A stretch of 64,000 nt of DNA. Source: an uncultured Flavobacteriaceae bacterium (GTDB taxonomy: Bacteria > Bacteroidota > Bacteroidia > Flavobacteriales > Flavobacteriaceae). The position numbers and the translations under genes are program-made. The notes under the pieces were generated by a model. The model had not been told where the DNA came from. It searched no databases and saw only the letters and a list, made by a program, of their open reading frames with translations. The stretch lies in contig CAVQGP010000001.1 in NCBI GenBank assembly GCA_963712085.1, forward strand, positions 683,121 through 747,120. The letters run 5' to 3'. Of the stretch, positions 1-10,302 are shown piece by piece (within the stretch, counting starts at the first letter, position 1; every line of letters starts with the position of its first letter).

Positions 1-821
1 TGAAAAACTAATTTTGCTGATAAAAAGCTGTTAATTTTCATATCTAGGTTCATAGTATAATCTAAGTCAATATTTTGTGGTTTGTCTAAGTAATTTGAAA
101 ATAAGGTTAATATGTTTTCCATGGATACGTTTTCCATAATATTAAACTTATAATATCCTCTAGCATTAAACCCAAATTCGTACAAAATAGCATCACCAGG
201 CGCCACACCAAAAGTTTCTATATCATTACTAGAATCATAAGAATCAGTATCTTCGTTATATGAATAAATTTCACTAGTTAAAAAAGTAATTTTTGAGGTT
301 ATTGGTGCAAAGTTAATTGAAAAGTTATCACTTTTTTTCCATAAAAAACCTGGTCCAAAACTTAAATATCCTGGTTTGAAAAATCCTGATGTTGGATAGT
401 CTTCATTGTCTCCAATAAAATCATCTTCATAGTCGTAACCATTAGAAAATTGGGTTTTTAAATTTAGAAAAAATGATGCGCTCCAAGTGTCAGTTAATTT
501 TCTACCTACAACAGAGTTGAATTCAAATCTATCATCTGTTTTTCTAACACCATCGTCTTGAGTTTTTGTTAATCCATAAGCAGCAATAAGTTTATTGTCC
601 CAAGACCACACTCCTTTTGCATAATTAAAACCATAATTAATATCAAGATTTCCTGCAAAACTATTGTCACCGCCTGACTGCCAATTTGAAAAGGATGATT
701 GATTAATTAAAAGGGTAATTTTTCCAGATTTGGCCCAATAACTAGTGTCTTTTACTTTTTCCTGAGCAAAAGTGAATGTGAAAGTCAATAAGGCAATTGC
801 AATTAAAGTAAATTTTTTCAT
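1..821 (-). CDS. DUF3078-family outer-membrane protein (3' end outside window)
   Basis: Not in the ORF track. Manual translation from ATG 821: MKKFTLIAIALLTFTFTFAQEKVKDTSYWAKSGKITLLINQSSFSNWQSGG. Signal peptide plus the NQxxFSNWxxGG motif. Confidence 0.8.
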   Translation of the reverse strand, partial: MKKFTLIAIALLTFTFTFAQEKVKDTSYWAKSGKITLLINQSSFSNWQSGGDNSFAGNLDINYGFNYAKGVWSWDNKLIAAYGLTKTQDDGVRKTDDRFEFNSVVGRKLTDTWSASFFLNLKTQFSNGYDYEDDFIGDNEDYPTSGFFKPGYLSFGPGFLWKKSDNFSINFAPITSKITFLTSEIYSYNEDTDSYDSSNDIETFGVAPGDAILYEFGFNARGYYKFNIMENVSMENILTLFSNYLDKPQNIDLDYTMNLDMKINSFLSAKLVF

Positions 822-893
822 AATTTTTAATGTTTAAGTAATCAATACAAATATATAATATTGTGGTTTTTAATAAATTAAAAAACAAAAAAA

Positions 894-1403
894 CTATATT
901 TTTTGTTTAAAAAGGGGTACGGTTGAACAAGCTTCGCCAAACATAATTGATTTAGCAATTGGTTGTAATTTTTCAATTAATTGAAGATAGGCTGTTTCTG
1001 GAATTGGTTTATTTGAGCAACCTTTAATAATTATTGGTTTTTCTATATATTCCTCAATAGCAATTGAGTTAATAATATCTTGAAAAATAGAGGTTTCTAA
1101 GTTGGTTATATTACCAACAATAACTTTTTTTGAAAAGGGCGAAATGTAAGTTGAAATTAACATAAATGCCCAAGAAGGTATAATAGCATCTGCAGAACAG
1201 GTCAAAGCAACATATTTATTTTGATACTGACTCCAGTCATGATTTTTTAAATGTTCACGAAAATCGTTTTCTTTTAAAATAAGTTCGTGGTACAACCAAT
1301 TTTTTATATCCAAAATTACTCTTTCACCTTTTGGATAAAAATCTTCAAGATCAATCGTTTTTAGCTGACTATTGGCAACTCTATTTACAATTTCATTAGC
1401 CAT
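894..1403 (-). CDS. DUF2480 family protein
   Basis: EIVNRVANS..IDLED start, ADAIIPSWA, FGEACSTVPL; follows sufE-sufT. Confidence 0.85.
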   Translation of the reverse strand: MANEIVNRVANSQLKTIDLEDFYPKGERVILDIKNWLYHELILKENDFREHLKNHDWSQYQNKYVALTCSADAIIPSWAFMLISTYISPFSKKVIVGNITNLETSIFQDIINSIAIEEYIEKPIIIKGCSNKPIPETAYLQLIEKLQPIAKSIMFGEACSTVPLFKQKI

Positions 1404-1724
1404 TTATAAAAAACCAAGTTCTAATTTGGCTTCTTCGCTCATCATATCTTGTGTCCACATCGGATCAAAAGTAATTTCAACTTCGGCATTGTTAACCTCT
1501 TCAATTGTTTTTACTTTTTCTTCAACTTCTACGGGCAAAGTTTCTGCAACAGGGCAGTTGGGTGAAGTAAGCGTCATTAATATTTTAACATCGTTGTTTT
1601 CACTAACAAAAACATCGTAAATTAATCCTAATTCAAAAATATCTACAGGGATTTCCGGATCGTAAATAGTTTTTAATTTCTCTACTATTTTATCGCCTAA
1701 ATCTTCTACACGTTTGCTATTCAT
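1404..1724 (-). CDS. sufT: SufT/DUF59 Fe-S cluster assembly protein
   Basis: DPEIPVDIFELGLIY and MTLTSPNCP motifs. Confidence 0.9.
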   Translation of the reverse strand: MNSKRVEDLGDKIVEKLKTIYDPEIPVDIFELGLIYDVFVSENNDVKILMTLTSPNCPVAETLPVEVEEKVKTIEEVNNAEVEITFDPMWTQDMMSEEAKLELGFL

Positions 1725-1775
1725 TACAAAAACCTTTCTTTATATTCATTCTAAATAAGGGCAAATATACAAATA

Positions 1776-2198
1776 TTAACTTAATTTTGAATGAAAAGCC
1801 AATGCGTACAATTTTATTTGTTTAATCATTGAAACCAGACCATTTGCTCGGGTAGGAGACAAGTGTTCTTTTAAACCAATTTCATCAATAAAATATAAAT
1901 CGGCGTCTAAAATATCCTGAGGTTTTTGATTGTTAAAAACACGTAACAAAATAGCCACAATTCCTTTGGTTAAAATAGCATCACTATCAGCAGTAAAAAT
2001 CATTTTACCATCTTGAATTTCAGAATGTAACCAAACTTTACTTTGACAGCCAACAATTAAATTATCATCTGTTTTATAGGTGTCATTTATAAGTGGAAGT
2101 GATTTTCCCAATTCAATAATATATTCATATCGTTCCATCCAATCATCAAACATGGAAAACTCATCTATAATTTCTTCTTGTATTTCTTTGATAGTCAT
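1776..2198 (-). CDS. sufE: SufE cysteine desulfuration protein
   Basis: GCQSKVW, ADSDA and LSPTRANG motifs. Confidence 0.95.
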   Translation of the reverse strand: MTIKEIQEEIIDEFSMFDDWMERYEYIIELGKSLPLINDTYKTDDNLIVGCQSKVWLHSEIQDGKMIFTADSDAILTKGIVAILLRVFNNQKPQDILDADLYFIDEIGLKEHLSPTRANGLVSMIKQIKLYALAFHSKLS

Positions 2199-2296
2199 TT
2201 TTTAAACTTATTTTTGCAAAAATAATCACATCGTAGGTTTAAAAAAAATAATAACACAATTAAAACCAATTGAATGATGTGCACATACCATAAAAT

Positions 2297-3223
2297 ATGA
2301 GTAAATTACTAGTTGTTGGAACTGTTGCCTTTGATGCTATTGAAACTCCTTTTGGAAAAACAGATAAAATTTTAGGTGGAGCTGCAACCTATATTTCACT
2401 TTCAGCCTCACAATTTGGCATAAAATCTGGAATTGTTTCAGTTGTAGGTGGCGATTTTCCGAAAGAATATTTAAAAAAATTAAACACCAGAAACATCAAT
2501 ACCGATGGTGTTGAAATTGTAGAAAATGGAAAAACTTTTTTTTGGAAAGGAAAATATCACAACGATTTAAATACAAGAGATACCTTAATTACCGATTTAA
2601 ATGTATTGGCCAATTTTAATCCAATTGTTCCGGTTGAATACCTAAATACGGAATTTTTAATGTTGGGAAATTTACATCCGGCAGTGCAAATGGCTGTAAT
2701 TAAACAAATTCCAGTTAGACCAAAGCTAGTAGTATTAGATACTATGAATTTTTGGATGGATAATACCTTGGATGAATTGATGCAGGTAATTGCTAAAATT
2801 GATGTAATTACAATTAATGATGAAGAAGCTCGTCAATTATCGGGTGAATATTCTTTAGTTAGAGCCGCGCAAAAAATTCACAAAATGGGACCAAAGTATG
2901 TGGTAATCAAAAAAGGGGAACATGGCGCTTTAATATTTAACAATGGCGATGTGTTTTTTGCACCTGCATTGCCTTTGGAAGAGGTTTTTGATCCAACAGG
3001 GGCCGGAGATACTTTCGCCGGGGGATTTATTGGTTATTTGGCAAAAACGCAAGATATTTCGTTTGAAAACATGAAAAGAGCGGTAATTTCTGGTTCAAAT
3101 TTAGCTTCATTTTGTGTAGAGAAATTTGGAACAGAGCGCATGGAGAGTTTAACTCAGGAAGAAATTCAAAACAGATTATTACAATTTAAATCTCTAACTC
3201 AATTTGATATTGAATTAAGTTAG
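2297..3223 (+). CDS. PfkB-family carbohydrate/nucleoside kinase
   Basis: GGAA near N-terminus; DPTGAGDTFAGG signature. Confidence 0.9.
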   Translation: MSKLLVVGTVAFDAIETPFGKTDKILGGAATYISLSASQFGIKSGIVSVVGGDFPKEYLKKLNTRNINTDGVEIVENGKTFFWKGKYHNDLNTRDTLITDLNVLANFNPIVPVEYLNTEFLMLGNLHPAVQMAVIKQIPVRPKLVVLDTMNFWMDNTLDELMQVIAKIDVITINDEEARQLSGEYSLVRAAQKIHKMGPKYVVIKKGEHGALIFNNGDVFFAPALPLEEVFDPTGAGDTFAGGFIGYLAKTQDISFENMKRAVISGSNLASFCVEKFGTERMESLTQEEIQNRLLQFKSLTQFDIELS

Positions 3224-3227
3224 AAGG

Positions 3228-3260
3228 AATTCCGCAAGTGTGCGGAATTTTTTATTTTTT
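3228..3260 (+). terminator. Intrinsic terminator-like hairpin between pfkB and purF
   Basis: AATTCCGCA-agtg-TGCGGAATT followed by a T-rich tract. Confidence 0.7.
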
Positions 3261-3283
3261 ATTACTATACTAAAATTAAAACA

Positions 3284-5185
3284 ATGAGCGACGCTATTAA
3301 ACATGAATGTGGAATTGCAATGGTTAGACTGTTAAAACCACTGCAATATTATAAAGATAAATATGGCTCAGCATTTTATGGTTTAAATAAAATGTATTTG
3401 TTAATGGAAAAACAACACAATCGCGGTCAGGATGGTGCAGGTTTGGCAAGTATAAAATTCAATGTAAATCCAGGTACACGATATATTAGTCGGATTCGTT
3501 CCAATGCCGATCAGCCAATTCAAGATATTTTTGCGCAAATTAATGGTCGTTTAAATGATTTAAATGATGAGTTTCCCGATAAAGTTAATGATGTAGATTG
3601 GCAAGTAAATAATGCACCCTACATTGGGAATTTGTATTTAGGCCATGTGCGCTACGGTACTTTCGGAAAAAATAGTATTGAAAGTGTTCACCCTTTTTTA
3701 CGCCAAAGCAACTGGATGCATAAAAGTTTAATTGTTGCAGGTAACTTCAATATGACCAACTCAAAACGTTTATTTAACGATTTGGTTGAAATAGGTCAGC
3801 ATCCAAAAGAAATGACTGACACTGTTACTGTTATGGAAAAAATAGGTCATTTTATTGACGATGAAGTTGCTAAATTATACAAGAAAATAAAAGAGGAACA
3901 TGGGGTAAATAAAAAAGATGCTTCCCCTTTAATTGAAGAGAAAATAAATATTAAAAAAATATTAAAAAGATCTGCTAAAAACTGGGATGGTGGTTATGCT
4001 ATGGCTGGTTTGTTAGGTCATGGAGATTCTTTTGTTTTACGTGATCCTGCAGGAATTAGACCTGCATTTTATTATAAAGATGATGAGGTAGTTGTGGTAG
4101 CTTCTGAGAGACCAGTTATTCAAACTGTTTTCAATGTTAACATTAAAGATGTAAAAGAAATTGAACCAGGATGCGCTTTAATTATTAAGAGAAATGGTAA
4201 AATTACCATGAATAAAATTAAAGAAGTATTGCCTAAAAAATCATGTTCGTTTGAGCGTATTTATTTTTCAAGAGGTAGCGATGCGGATATTTATAACGAA
4301 AGAAAAAATCTTGGAAAATTTGTATTTCCGCAGATATTAGAAAAAATAGATAATGATATTAAAAATACTGTTTTTTCATTCATCCCAAATACTGCTGAAA
4401 CTTCATTCTACGGAATGCGCGAAGCTGCTGAAGATTTCTTAAATCTTCAAAAAACAAGAGCTATTTTAAGTGGTAAAAAAGTATTGTCTGCTGAAAATGT
4501 AACTCAAATTTTATCTGAAAGGCCACGAATTGAGAAACTTGCCATTAAAGATGCCAAATTAAGAACCTTTATTGCCGATGATAATAGTCGTGACGATTTG
4601 GTTGCTCACGTATATGATGTAACTTATGGTATTGTAAAACCAAACGACAATTTGGTAATTATTGACGATAGTATTGTGCGTGGAACAACTTTGAAAAAAA
4701 GTATTATTAAGATTTTGGATCGTTTGCATCCAAAAAAAATAATCATTGTTTCATCAGCGCCGCAAATTCGTTATCCGGATTGTTATGGAATTGACATGGC
4801 AAGAATGGGTGATTTTATTGCTTTTAGAGCAGCTTTGGAATTGTTAAAACAAACAAATCAATATCATATTGTTGAAGAAGTTTATAAAAATTGTAAAACG
4901 CAACAACCATTAGAAGATACCGAGATTCAAAATTCAGTAAAAGAAATTTATGCACCTTTTTCAAATGAACAAATTTCAAATAAAATTGCTGAAATGTTAA
5001 AAACTGAAGACATTACTTCAGCTGTTGAAATTGTATTTCAGTCGGTTGAAAATTTACATAAAGCTTGTCCGAATCATTTGGGAGACTGGTATTTTACTGG
5101 AGATTATCCAACACCAGGAGGAAACCGTGTGGTAAACGATTCATTTATTAATTTTTACGAAGGGAACAACAAAAGAGCTTATTAG
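3284..5185 (+). CDS. purF: Amidophosphoribosyltransferase
   Basis: Propeptide-ECG, HNRGQDGAG, GHVRYGT, PRT motif IIDDSIVRGTT, FTGDYP. Confidence 0.93.
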   Translation: MSDAIKHECGIAMVRLLKPLQYYKDKYGSAFYGLNKMYLLMEKQHNRGQDGAGLASIKFNVNPGTRYISRIRSNADQPIQDIFAQINGRLNDLNDEFPDKVNDVDWQVNNAPYIGNLYLGHVRYGTFGKNSIESVHPFLRQSNWMHKSLIVAGNFNMTNSKRLFNDLVEIGQHPKEMTDTVTVMEKIGHFIDDEVAKLYKKIKEEHGVNKKDASPLIEEKINIKKILKRSAKNWDGGYAMAGLLGHGDSFVLRDPAGIRPAFYYKDDEVVVVASERPVIQTVFNVNIKDVKEIEPGCALIIKRNGKITMNKIKEVLPKKSCSFERIYFSRGSDADIYNERKNLGKFVFPQILEKIDNDIKNTVFSFIPNTAETSFYGMREAAEDFLNLQKTRAILSGKKVLSAENVTQILSERPRIEKLAIKDAKLRTFIADDNSRDDLVAHVYDVTYGIVKPNDNLVIIDDSIVRGTTLKKSIIKILDRLHPKKIIIVSSAPQIRYPDCYGIDMARMGDFIAFRAALELLKQTNQYHIVEEVYKNCKTQQPLEDTEIQNSVKEIYAPFSNEQISNKIAEMLKTEDITSAVEIVFQSVENLHKACPNHLGDWYFTGDYPTPGGNRVVNDSFINFYEGNNKRAY

Positions 5186-5228
5186 ATAATTGGTTATATT
5201 TATACTTTAAAACTTAAATTAAAGTATA

Positions 5229-7808
5229 ATGAAACTGTCAAACCTTTTATTAGTTGTTTTCCTATTTAGTTTCAGCGTGTTTTTTGCACAAAATTCATCT
5301 GAAAGAGGGGATGCTTTTGTTGACGAAAATGGCATTTTGCGGTGGAGCAATTCAAACGAAGAAGTGCAAGGTTTTGGAGTAAATTATACTGTTCCTTTTG
5401 CACATGCCTATCGTTCAGCTCAAAAAATGGGAATAGACCCTAAAAAAGCAATTGATAATGATGTTTACCATTTTTCGCGATTGGGTTTCGATTTGTTTCG
5501 CGTTCATGTCTGGGACACACAAATAAGCGATACTTTAGGAAATTTGATTCAGAACGAACATTTGGATACTTTTGATTATTTGCTGAAAAAACTAAAAGAT
5601 AAAAACATAAATTTTGTTATAACACCTATTGCTTTTTGGGGAAATGGATGGCCAGAACCTGATACTTATTCACCTGGGTTTTCATATAAATATGGTAAAG
5701 ATGCTTGTTTAACAAATCCAGAAGCCATAAAAGCGCAAGAAAATTATTTAGCTCAGTTTTTAAATCACGTAAATCCTTATACAAAAGTTGCCTATAAAAA
5801 TGAGCCCAATATTATAGCTTTTGAAGTAAGTAATGAGCCTCACCATAGAGGGAAACCTGATGAAGTAACTAAACTTATAAAAGGCATGGTTACAGCAATA
5901 AATTCAACAGGTACTAAAAAACCTATTTTTTACAATATTACGCACGCAGTTCAGTTAAATGATGCTTATTTTAAAGCGGATATTCAAGGCGGAACTTTTC
6001 AATGGTATCCAACAGGTTTGGGATATCAGCGAGAACTTTCAGGGAATTTATTACCAAATGTAAATGATTATAACATTCCATTTAATAATACCATTCAAAA
6101 ATACAAGGGAGCTAAACTGGTTTATGAATTTGATGCTGCCGATGTTGGTAAATCGTATATTTATCCTGCTATGGCGAGAAGTTTTAGAGCTGCAGGCATT
6201 CAAATTGCCACTCATTTTTCATATGATCCAACTTTTTTAGCATATGCAAATACCGAGTACAATACCCATTATATGAATTTGGTATACACTCCTCAAAAAG
6301 CATTGAGCTTGATGATTTGTAATGCAGTTTTTCATGAAATTTCAATGAACCAAAATTTTGGGAAATTTCCTCAAAACAACACTTTTGGAGATTTCAGCAT
6401 TCATTATTTAAATGATTTGGCAGAGTTTAATTCAGAAGTAACATTTATTTATACCAACAACACCAATTCAAAACCTAAAAATGAAGATAAATTAACCCAA
6501 GTTGCTGGTTTTGGGAATTCTGAAATTGTTAAATATGAAGGAACAGGTGCTTATTTTTTGGATAAAATTGAACAAGGTTTATGGCGTTTAGAAGTATTGC
6601 CTGATTTAATTTGGGTAGCAAATCCTTTCGGTAGAAATAGCCTACAAAAAACGGTAGGTGTTATAAAATGGGACTCATGGGAAATGAATATTCAGTTAAA
6701 AGAATTGGGTTCAGATTTTGCTATTGAAGCCATAAATGAGGGAAATAACTTCAATAGCAAAGTTAATGAAACTACTTTTTCAATTAAACCAGGGACTTAT
6801 ATTGTAAGTAAAAAAGGAATTCAAAAAAACTGGTTGCCAACTAACGCTTGGAAAACTGGAAAATTAAGCGATTATGTTGCTCCTGAAACTACTGTTGATA
6901 AAACCTATTTTAAACACGAGCCTACGAAAGAAATTTCAGAAGGAAATCCGTTGACGGTTACAGCCCAAATTGTTGCGCCACAATCACCAAATACCGTTGA
7001 ACTTTGGGTTTATAAAGGTTTTAAGAGAGTAGTTCTTAAAATGGAAAGGAAAGGGTATAATTACACTACCATTGTACCAGAAAATATGATTGAATATGGC
7101 TATTTAAAATATTATATCATAGCAAAGTTTAACAATAAATCAATTACTTATCCGGCAAATTTAGAAGGCGAACCTTTAGAATGGGATTTCTATGAAAGAA
7201 ATCCGTTTGAAGTTAGAGTAGTACCAAAAATGTATCCAATAAACCTTTTTAACGCTAAAACCGATGCCGATTTATTGGTTAAAGAATGGCGAGATACTTT
7301 TAAATTATTACCAACTGAAATTGAAAACGAAGCAGCTTTTGAAGTAAATTTAGAGAAATTATTTGTTCAGGATAATGAAAATACGGAAGCCGAACCAATT
7401 TATGATTATTCTTTTAAACATTTTATAATTGAAGAAATTAAAGGGAGAAAAGCAGATCTTTCTTCAAAAGAATCTATAGTTTTTTATGGATATGCTTTGA
7501 ACAATAAACCTTGTAAACTTCAAATCGCTTTTGTGATGGATGATGGAAATTCATTTGGAGATGTGTTGGAAATAGGAACCGAATTGAAAGCCTATAAATT
7601 ACCTGTTAAAAATTTAAAGCCTGTTAAAACAGTTACTTTGCCACGTCCATATCCAAGTTTCCTGCCCTATTATTTAGAGCATAATTTAACTTCAAAATTT
7701 GATATTGCTAAAGTAGAAAGTGTTCAATTTTCAATTGGACCTGAAATTGCAAAAAAGAAATTGGATGAAAAGCAAGGCATCTCAATTATTAAGGTAAATT
7801 TAGAATAA
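5229..7808 (+). CDS. Secreted GH5-like (clan GH-A) glycoside hydrolase with C-terminal beta domains
   Basis: Signal peptide, FGVNY, LGFDLFRVH, acid/base NEP motif (VSNEPHH), probable nucleophile in VYEFD. Confidence 0.65.
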   Translation: MKLSNLLLVVFLFSFSVFFAQNSSERGDAFVDENGILRWSNSNEEVQGFGVNYTVPFAHAYRSAQKMGIDPKKAIDNDVYHFSRLGFDLFRVHVWDTQISDTLGNLIQNEHLDTFDYLLKKLKDKNINFVITPIAFWGNGWPEPDTYSPGFSYKYGKDACLTNPEAIKAQENYLAQFLNHVNPYTKVAYKNEPNIIAFEVSNEPHHRGKPDEVTKLIKGMVTAINSTGTKKPIFYNITHAVQLNDAYFKADIQGGTFQWYPTGLGYQRELSGNLLPNVNDYNIPFNNTIQKYKGAKLVYEFDAADVGKSYIYPAMARSFRAAGIQIATHFSYDPTFLAYANTEYNTHYMNLVYTPQKALSLMICNAVFHEISMNQNFGKFPQNNTFGDFSIHYLNDLAEFNSEVTFIYTNNTNSKPKNEDKLTQVAGFGNSEIVKYEGTGAYFLDKIEQGLWRLEVLPDLIWVANPFGRNSLQKTVGVIKWDSWEMNIQLKELGSDFAIEAINEGNNFNSKVNETTFSIKPGTYIVSKKGIQKNWLPTNAWKTGKLSDYVAPETTVDKTYFKHEPTKEISEGNPLTVTAQIVAPQSPNTVELWVYKGFKRVVLKMERKGYNYTTIVPENMIEYGYLKYYIIAKFNNKSITYPANLEGEPLEWDFYERNPFEVRVVPKMYPINLFNAKTDADLLVKEWRDTFKLLPTEIENEAAFEVNLEKLFVQDNENTEAEPIYDYSFKHFIIEEIKGRKADLSSKESIVFYGYALNNKPCKLQIAFVMDDGNSFGDVLEIGTELKAYKLPVKNLKPVKTVTLPRPYPSFLPYYLEHNLTSKFDIAKVESVQFSIGPEIAKKKLDEKQGISIIKVNLE

Positions 7809-7822
7809 TTCTGTTCTTTACA

Positions 7823-10123
7823 TTAATTTATTGGTGCAATGCTGTCAATTACTGGTTCAGTTAATAAGGTGTCTTTTACCACAATATCCAAGGTGTCTTT
7901 TTTAGGAGATGGAACATTTTTACGAGATAAGCAGTTCATTAAGCCGATAACGTCTTTGGAAGGTTTTCTAAATTTGCCGGTTAAATAATATTTAAAAGAA
8001 GGATTTGTATTTAAAGATCTCAAAAACTCACCATTTATTGGAAGTGCTGAATGCGAACCTTGCCCTTTATCCATACTTTTAAAATGAATAGAAGGATTTT
8101 CAGCACCAACCCAAGTTCCTGTAACAAGATTAGATGAAAAAGCAAAAAACCAACCATCAGCTTGTGATTGAGATGTGCCTGTTTTGCCACCTAAATCGTT
8201 ATACAAACTGTAATCATAAGTTAATGAAGCGGCAGTTCCATTTCTCACAACTTTTTTAAGCATTTCAACTATTATTTCAGCTGTTTTAGATGAATATACT
8301 TCTTTTTCATTCTCATTTTCAGGAAAAGTAGGAAGAGAAATACCTTCTTTGTCTATTATTTTTAAGATGGAGACTTCACGTTTGGGATTGCCATAATTTG
8401 GAAAAGTGGTATATGCTCTTGTCATTTCAAGTAAGGAAAGTTCAGCAGTACCCAGTGATAGTGATGGTATTTCAGGCAATTCAGTATCAATACCCATACT
8501 TGTTGCCAATTTTATAATTTTAGGCAATCCAACCTTTTCCATCAATTGCACAGTAACGGTATTTGTAGAAGCTGCTAAAGCACCCCAAACACTAAATTCT
8601 CCGCCGTAAATCCAATCTGAATTTTTAGGCTCCCAGTCTTCATATTGTGGATATTTAATTAAAATATTTGGATACATATCACAAGGAGAAACCCCTTTTT
8701 CAATGGCAGCGGCATACACAAAAGGTTTAAAAGTACTTCCAACCTGACGCTTGGTTTTTACGTGATCATATTGAAAGTATTGCTCGTTTATACCTCCAAC
8801 ATATGCTTTTATATGGCCAGATTGTGGTTCAATAGCAATAAAACCAGCGTGTAAATACTTTAAATAGTGTTTAATAGAATCTAAAGGAGACATTAAAGCA
8901 TCTTTATTTCCATCCCATGTGAAAATTTTAAGTGGAATTGGAGTGTTAAAATTGGCCTGAATTTGAGTTTCAGAAATACCTTTGGTTTTTAATCTTTTGT
9001 ATCTACTTGAATTTTTTATAGCATTTTCTAATACAACCGGCACATCTTTCCAAGGCTCTTCACCACGCCATTCATAATCAAATTCTCGTTGTAATCGTTT
9101 CATTTGTTTTGCAACTGCTTTCTCAGCATATTGTTGCATTTCATAATTTAAAGTGGTGTATATTTTTAAACCATCTTTGTACAAATCATACTCTTTACCA
9201 CTAGGTTTTCTATTAACTTCTAACCACTTTTTCATTTCAGAGCGAATGTATTCTGAAAAGTACTTTGCTTTTCCTGAGTGGCGATACAATTTTTTTTCTT
9301 GAGTAATTAGTGGAAGATCTGAAATTGAATCTTCTTGGGCTTTTGTAATATATTTGCCTTCCATCATTAAATTCAGCACAATATTTCTTCGTTTTTTTGA
9401 AGCGTCTGGAAACTTTATCGGATTGTAAGTGTAACTGGCTTTTAACATACCTACTAAAACTGCGCCTTGTTCTATGGTTAATTTAGAAGCTGAACAACTA
9501 AAAAATCTTTGTGATGCACTTTCCAAACCAAATGCAGACTGGCCAAAAGGAACGGTATTAAAATAAAATTCAATTAATTGTTCTTTAGTGAAATGCTTTT
9601 CTAATTTGTAAGCAGCAACCATTTCTTCTAGTTTATTTATTGGGGTTGAAAGGAAGCGATGCGATTTTCTTGGGAAGTAATTTTTTACTAATTGTTGGGT
9701 GATGGTACTTCCGCCACCAGCACTTTTATCTCTTAAAATAATTGTTTTAACTAAAACACGCATTAAACTTTTAACATCCACACCACTGTGGTATAAAAAG
9801 CGCGCATCTTCTGTTGCAATTAATCCATTTACTAAATGTTTTGGAATTGAATCGTATGGGATGTTTAAACGGTTTTCTTTATCAAATCTATACAGTAAAA
9901 CATTGTCTGCAGAATAAACTTCAGATGCCTCCATATTTTGGAATAGTTTTACTTCTTTATTTGTTGGAACCCTTCCAAAATAACCATTATATATTGCAAT
10001 TAAAAAGAGAATGAAAAGTAAAATAAAGCCAATAAAAAGATACTTTATACTTTTTATAAGATTGAAGTTTTTAAAATTTAATTTCGTCAAAAATTGATTT
10101 AGTAAATTTTTTATTTTATGCAT
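7823..10123 (-). CDS. Class A penicillin-binding protein (PBP1A-like)
   Basis: EDARF..H.GVD and GGSTITQQL (transglycosylase); STFK, STN, KTGT (transpeptidase). Start set at ATG 10123; the ORF track extends to 10288. Confidence 0.9.
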   Translation of the reverse strand: MHKIKNLLNQFLTKLNFKNFNLIKSIKYLFIGFILLFILFLIAIYNGYFGRVPTNKEVKLFQNMEASEVYSADNVLLYRFDKENRLNIPYDSIPKHLVNGLIATEDARFLYHSGVDVKSLMRVLVKTIILRDKSAGGGSTITQQLVKNYFPRKSHRFLSTPINKLEEMVAAYKLEKHFTKEQLIEFYFNTVPFGQSAFGLESASQRFFSCSASKLTIEQGAVLVGMLKASYTYNPIKFPDASKKRRNIVLNLMMEGKYITKAQEDSISDLPLITQEKKLYRHSGKAKYFSEYIRSEMKKWLEVNRKPSGKEYDLYKDGLKIYTTLNYEMQQYAEKAVAKQMKRLQREFDYEWRGEEPWKDVPVVLENAIKNSSRYKRLKTKGISETQIQANFNTPIPLKIFTWDGNKDALMSPLDSIKHYLKYLHAGFIAIEPQSGHIKAYVGGINEQYFQYDHVKTKRQVGSTFKPFVYAAAIEKGVSPCDMYPNILIKYPQYEDWEPKNSDWIYGGEFSVWGALAASTNTVTVQLMEKVGLPKIIKLATSMGIDTELPEIPSLSLGTAELSLLEMTRAYTTFPNYGNPKREVSILKIIDKEGISLPTFPENENEKEVYSSKTAEIIVEMLKKVVRNGTAASLTYDYSLYNDLGGKTGTSQSQADGWFFAFSSNLVTGTWVGAENPSIHFKSMDKGQGSHSALPINGEFLRSLNTNPSFKYYLTGKFRKPSKDVIGLMNCLSRKNVPSPKKDTLDIVVKDTLLTEPVIDSIAPIN

Positions 10124-10276
10124 ATAATTTATATCAGAGAATTTTAAAAGTCTCGTAAGTTTTAAAATTATGCAAAGATTAATTATTTTCCTTTGAAAAG
10201 TAATATTTAATTTTCTGTTTTTATGAATTATAAAAATTGAAACTGTAAAAAATGTAATTTTCATTTTTAAAAACAA

Positions 10277-10284
10277 TACTTTTG
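10277..10284 (+). promoter_or_regulatory. Bacteroidetes -7 promoter element for mtgA
   Basis: TACTTTTG matches TAnnTTTG, 18 nt before ATG 10303. Confidence 0.6.
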
Positions 10285-10302
10285 TCAATATTATTTTTTA
10301 AA

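Noticed and set aside
3284-5185. Long PurF without a C-terminal CxxC
   Set aside because: Fits the usual Bacteroidetes form; catalytic motifs are intact.
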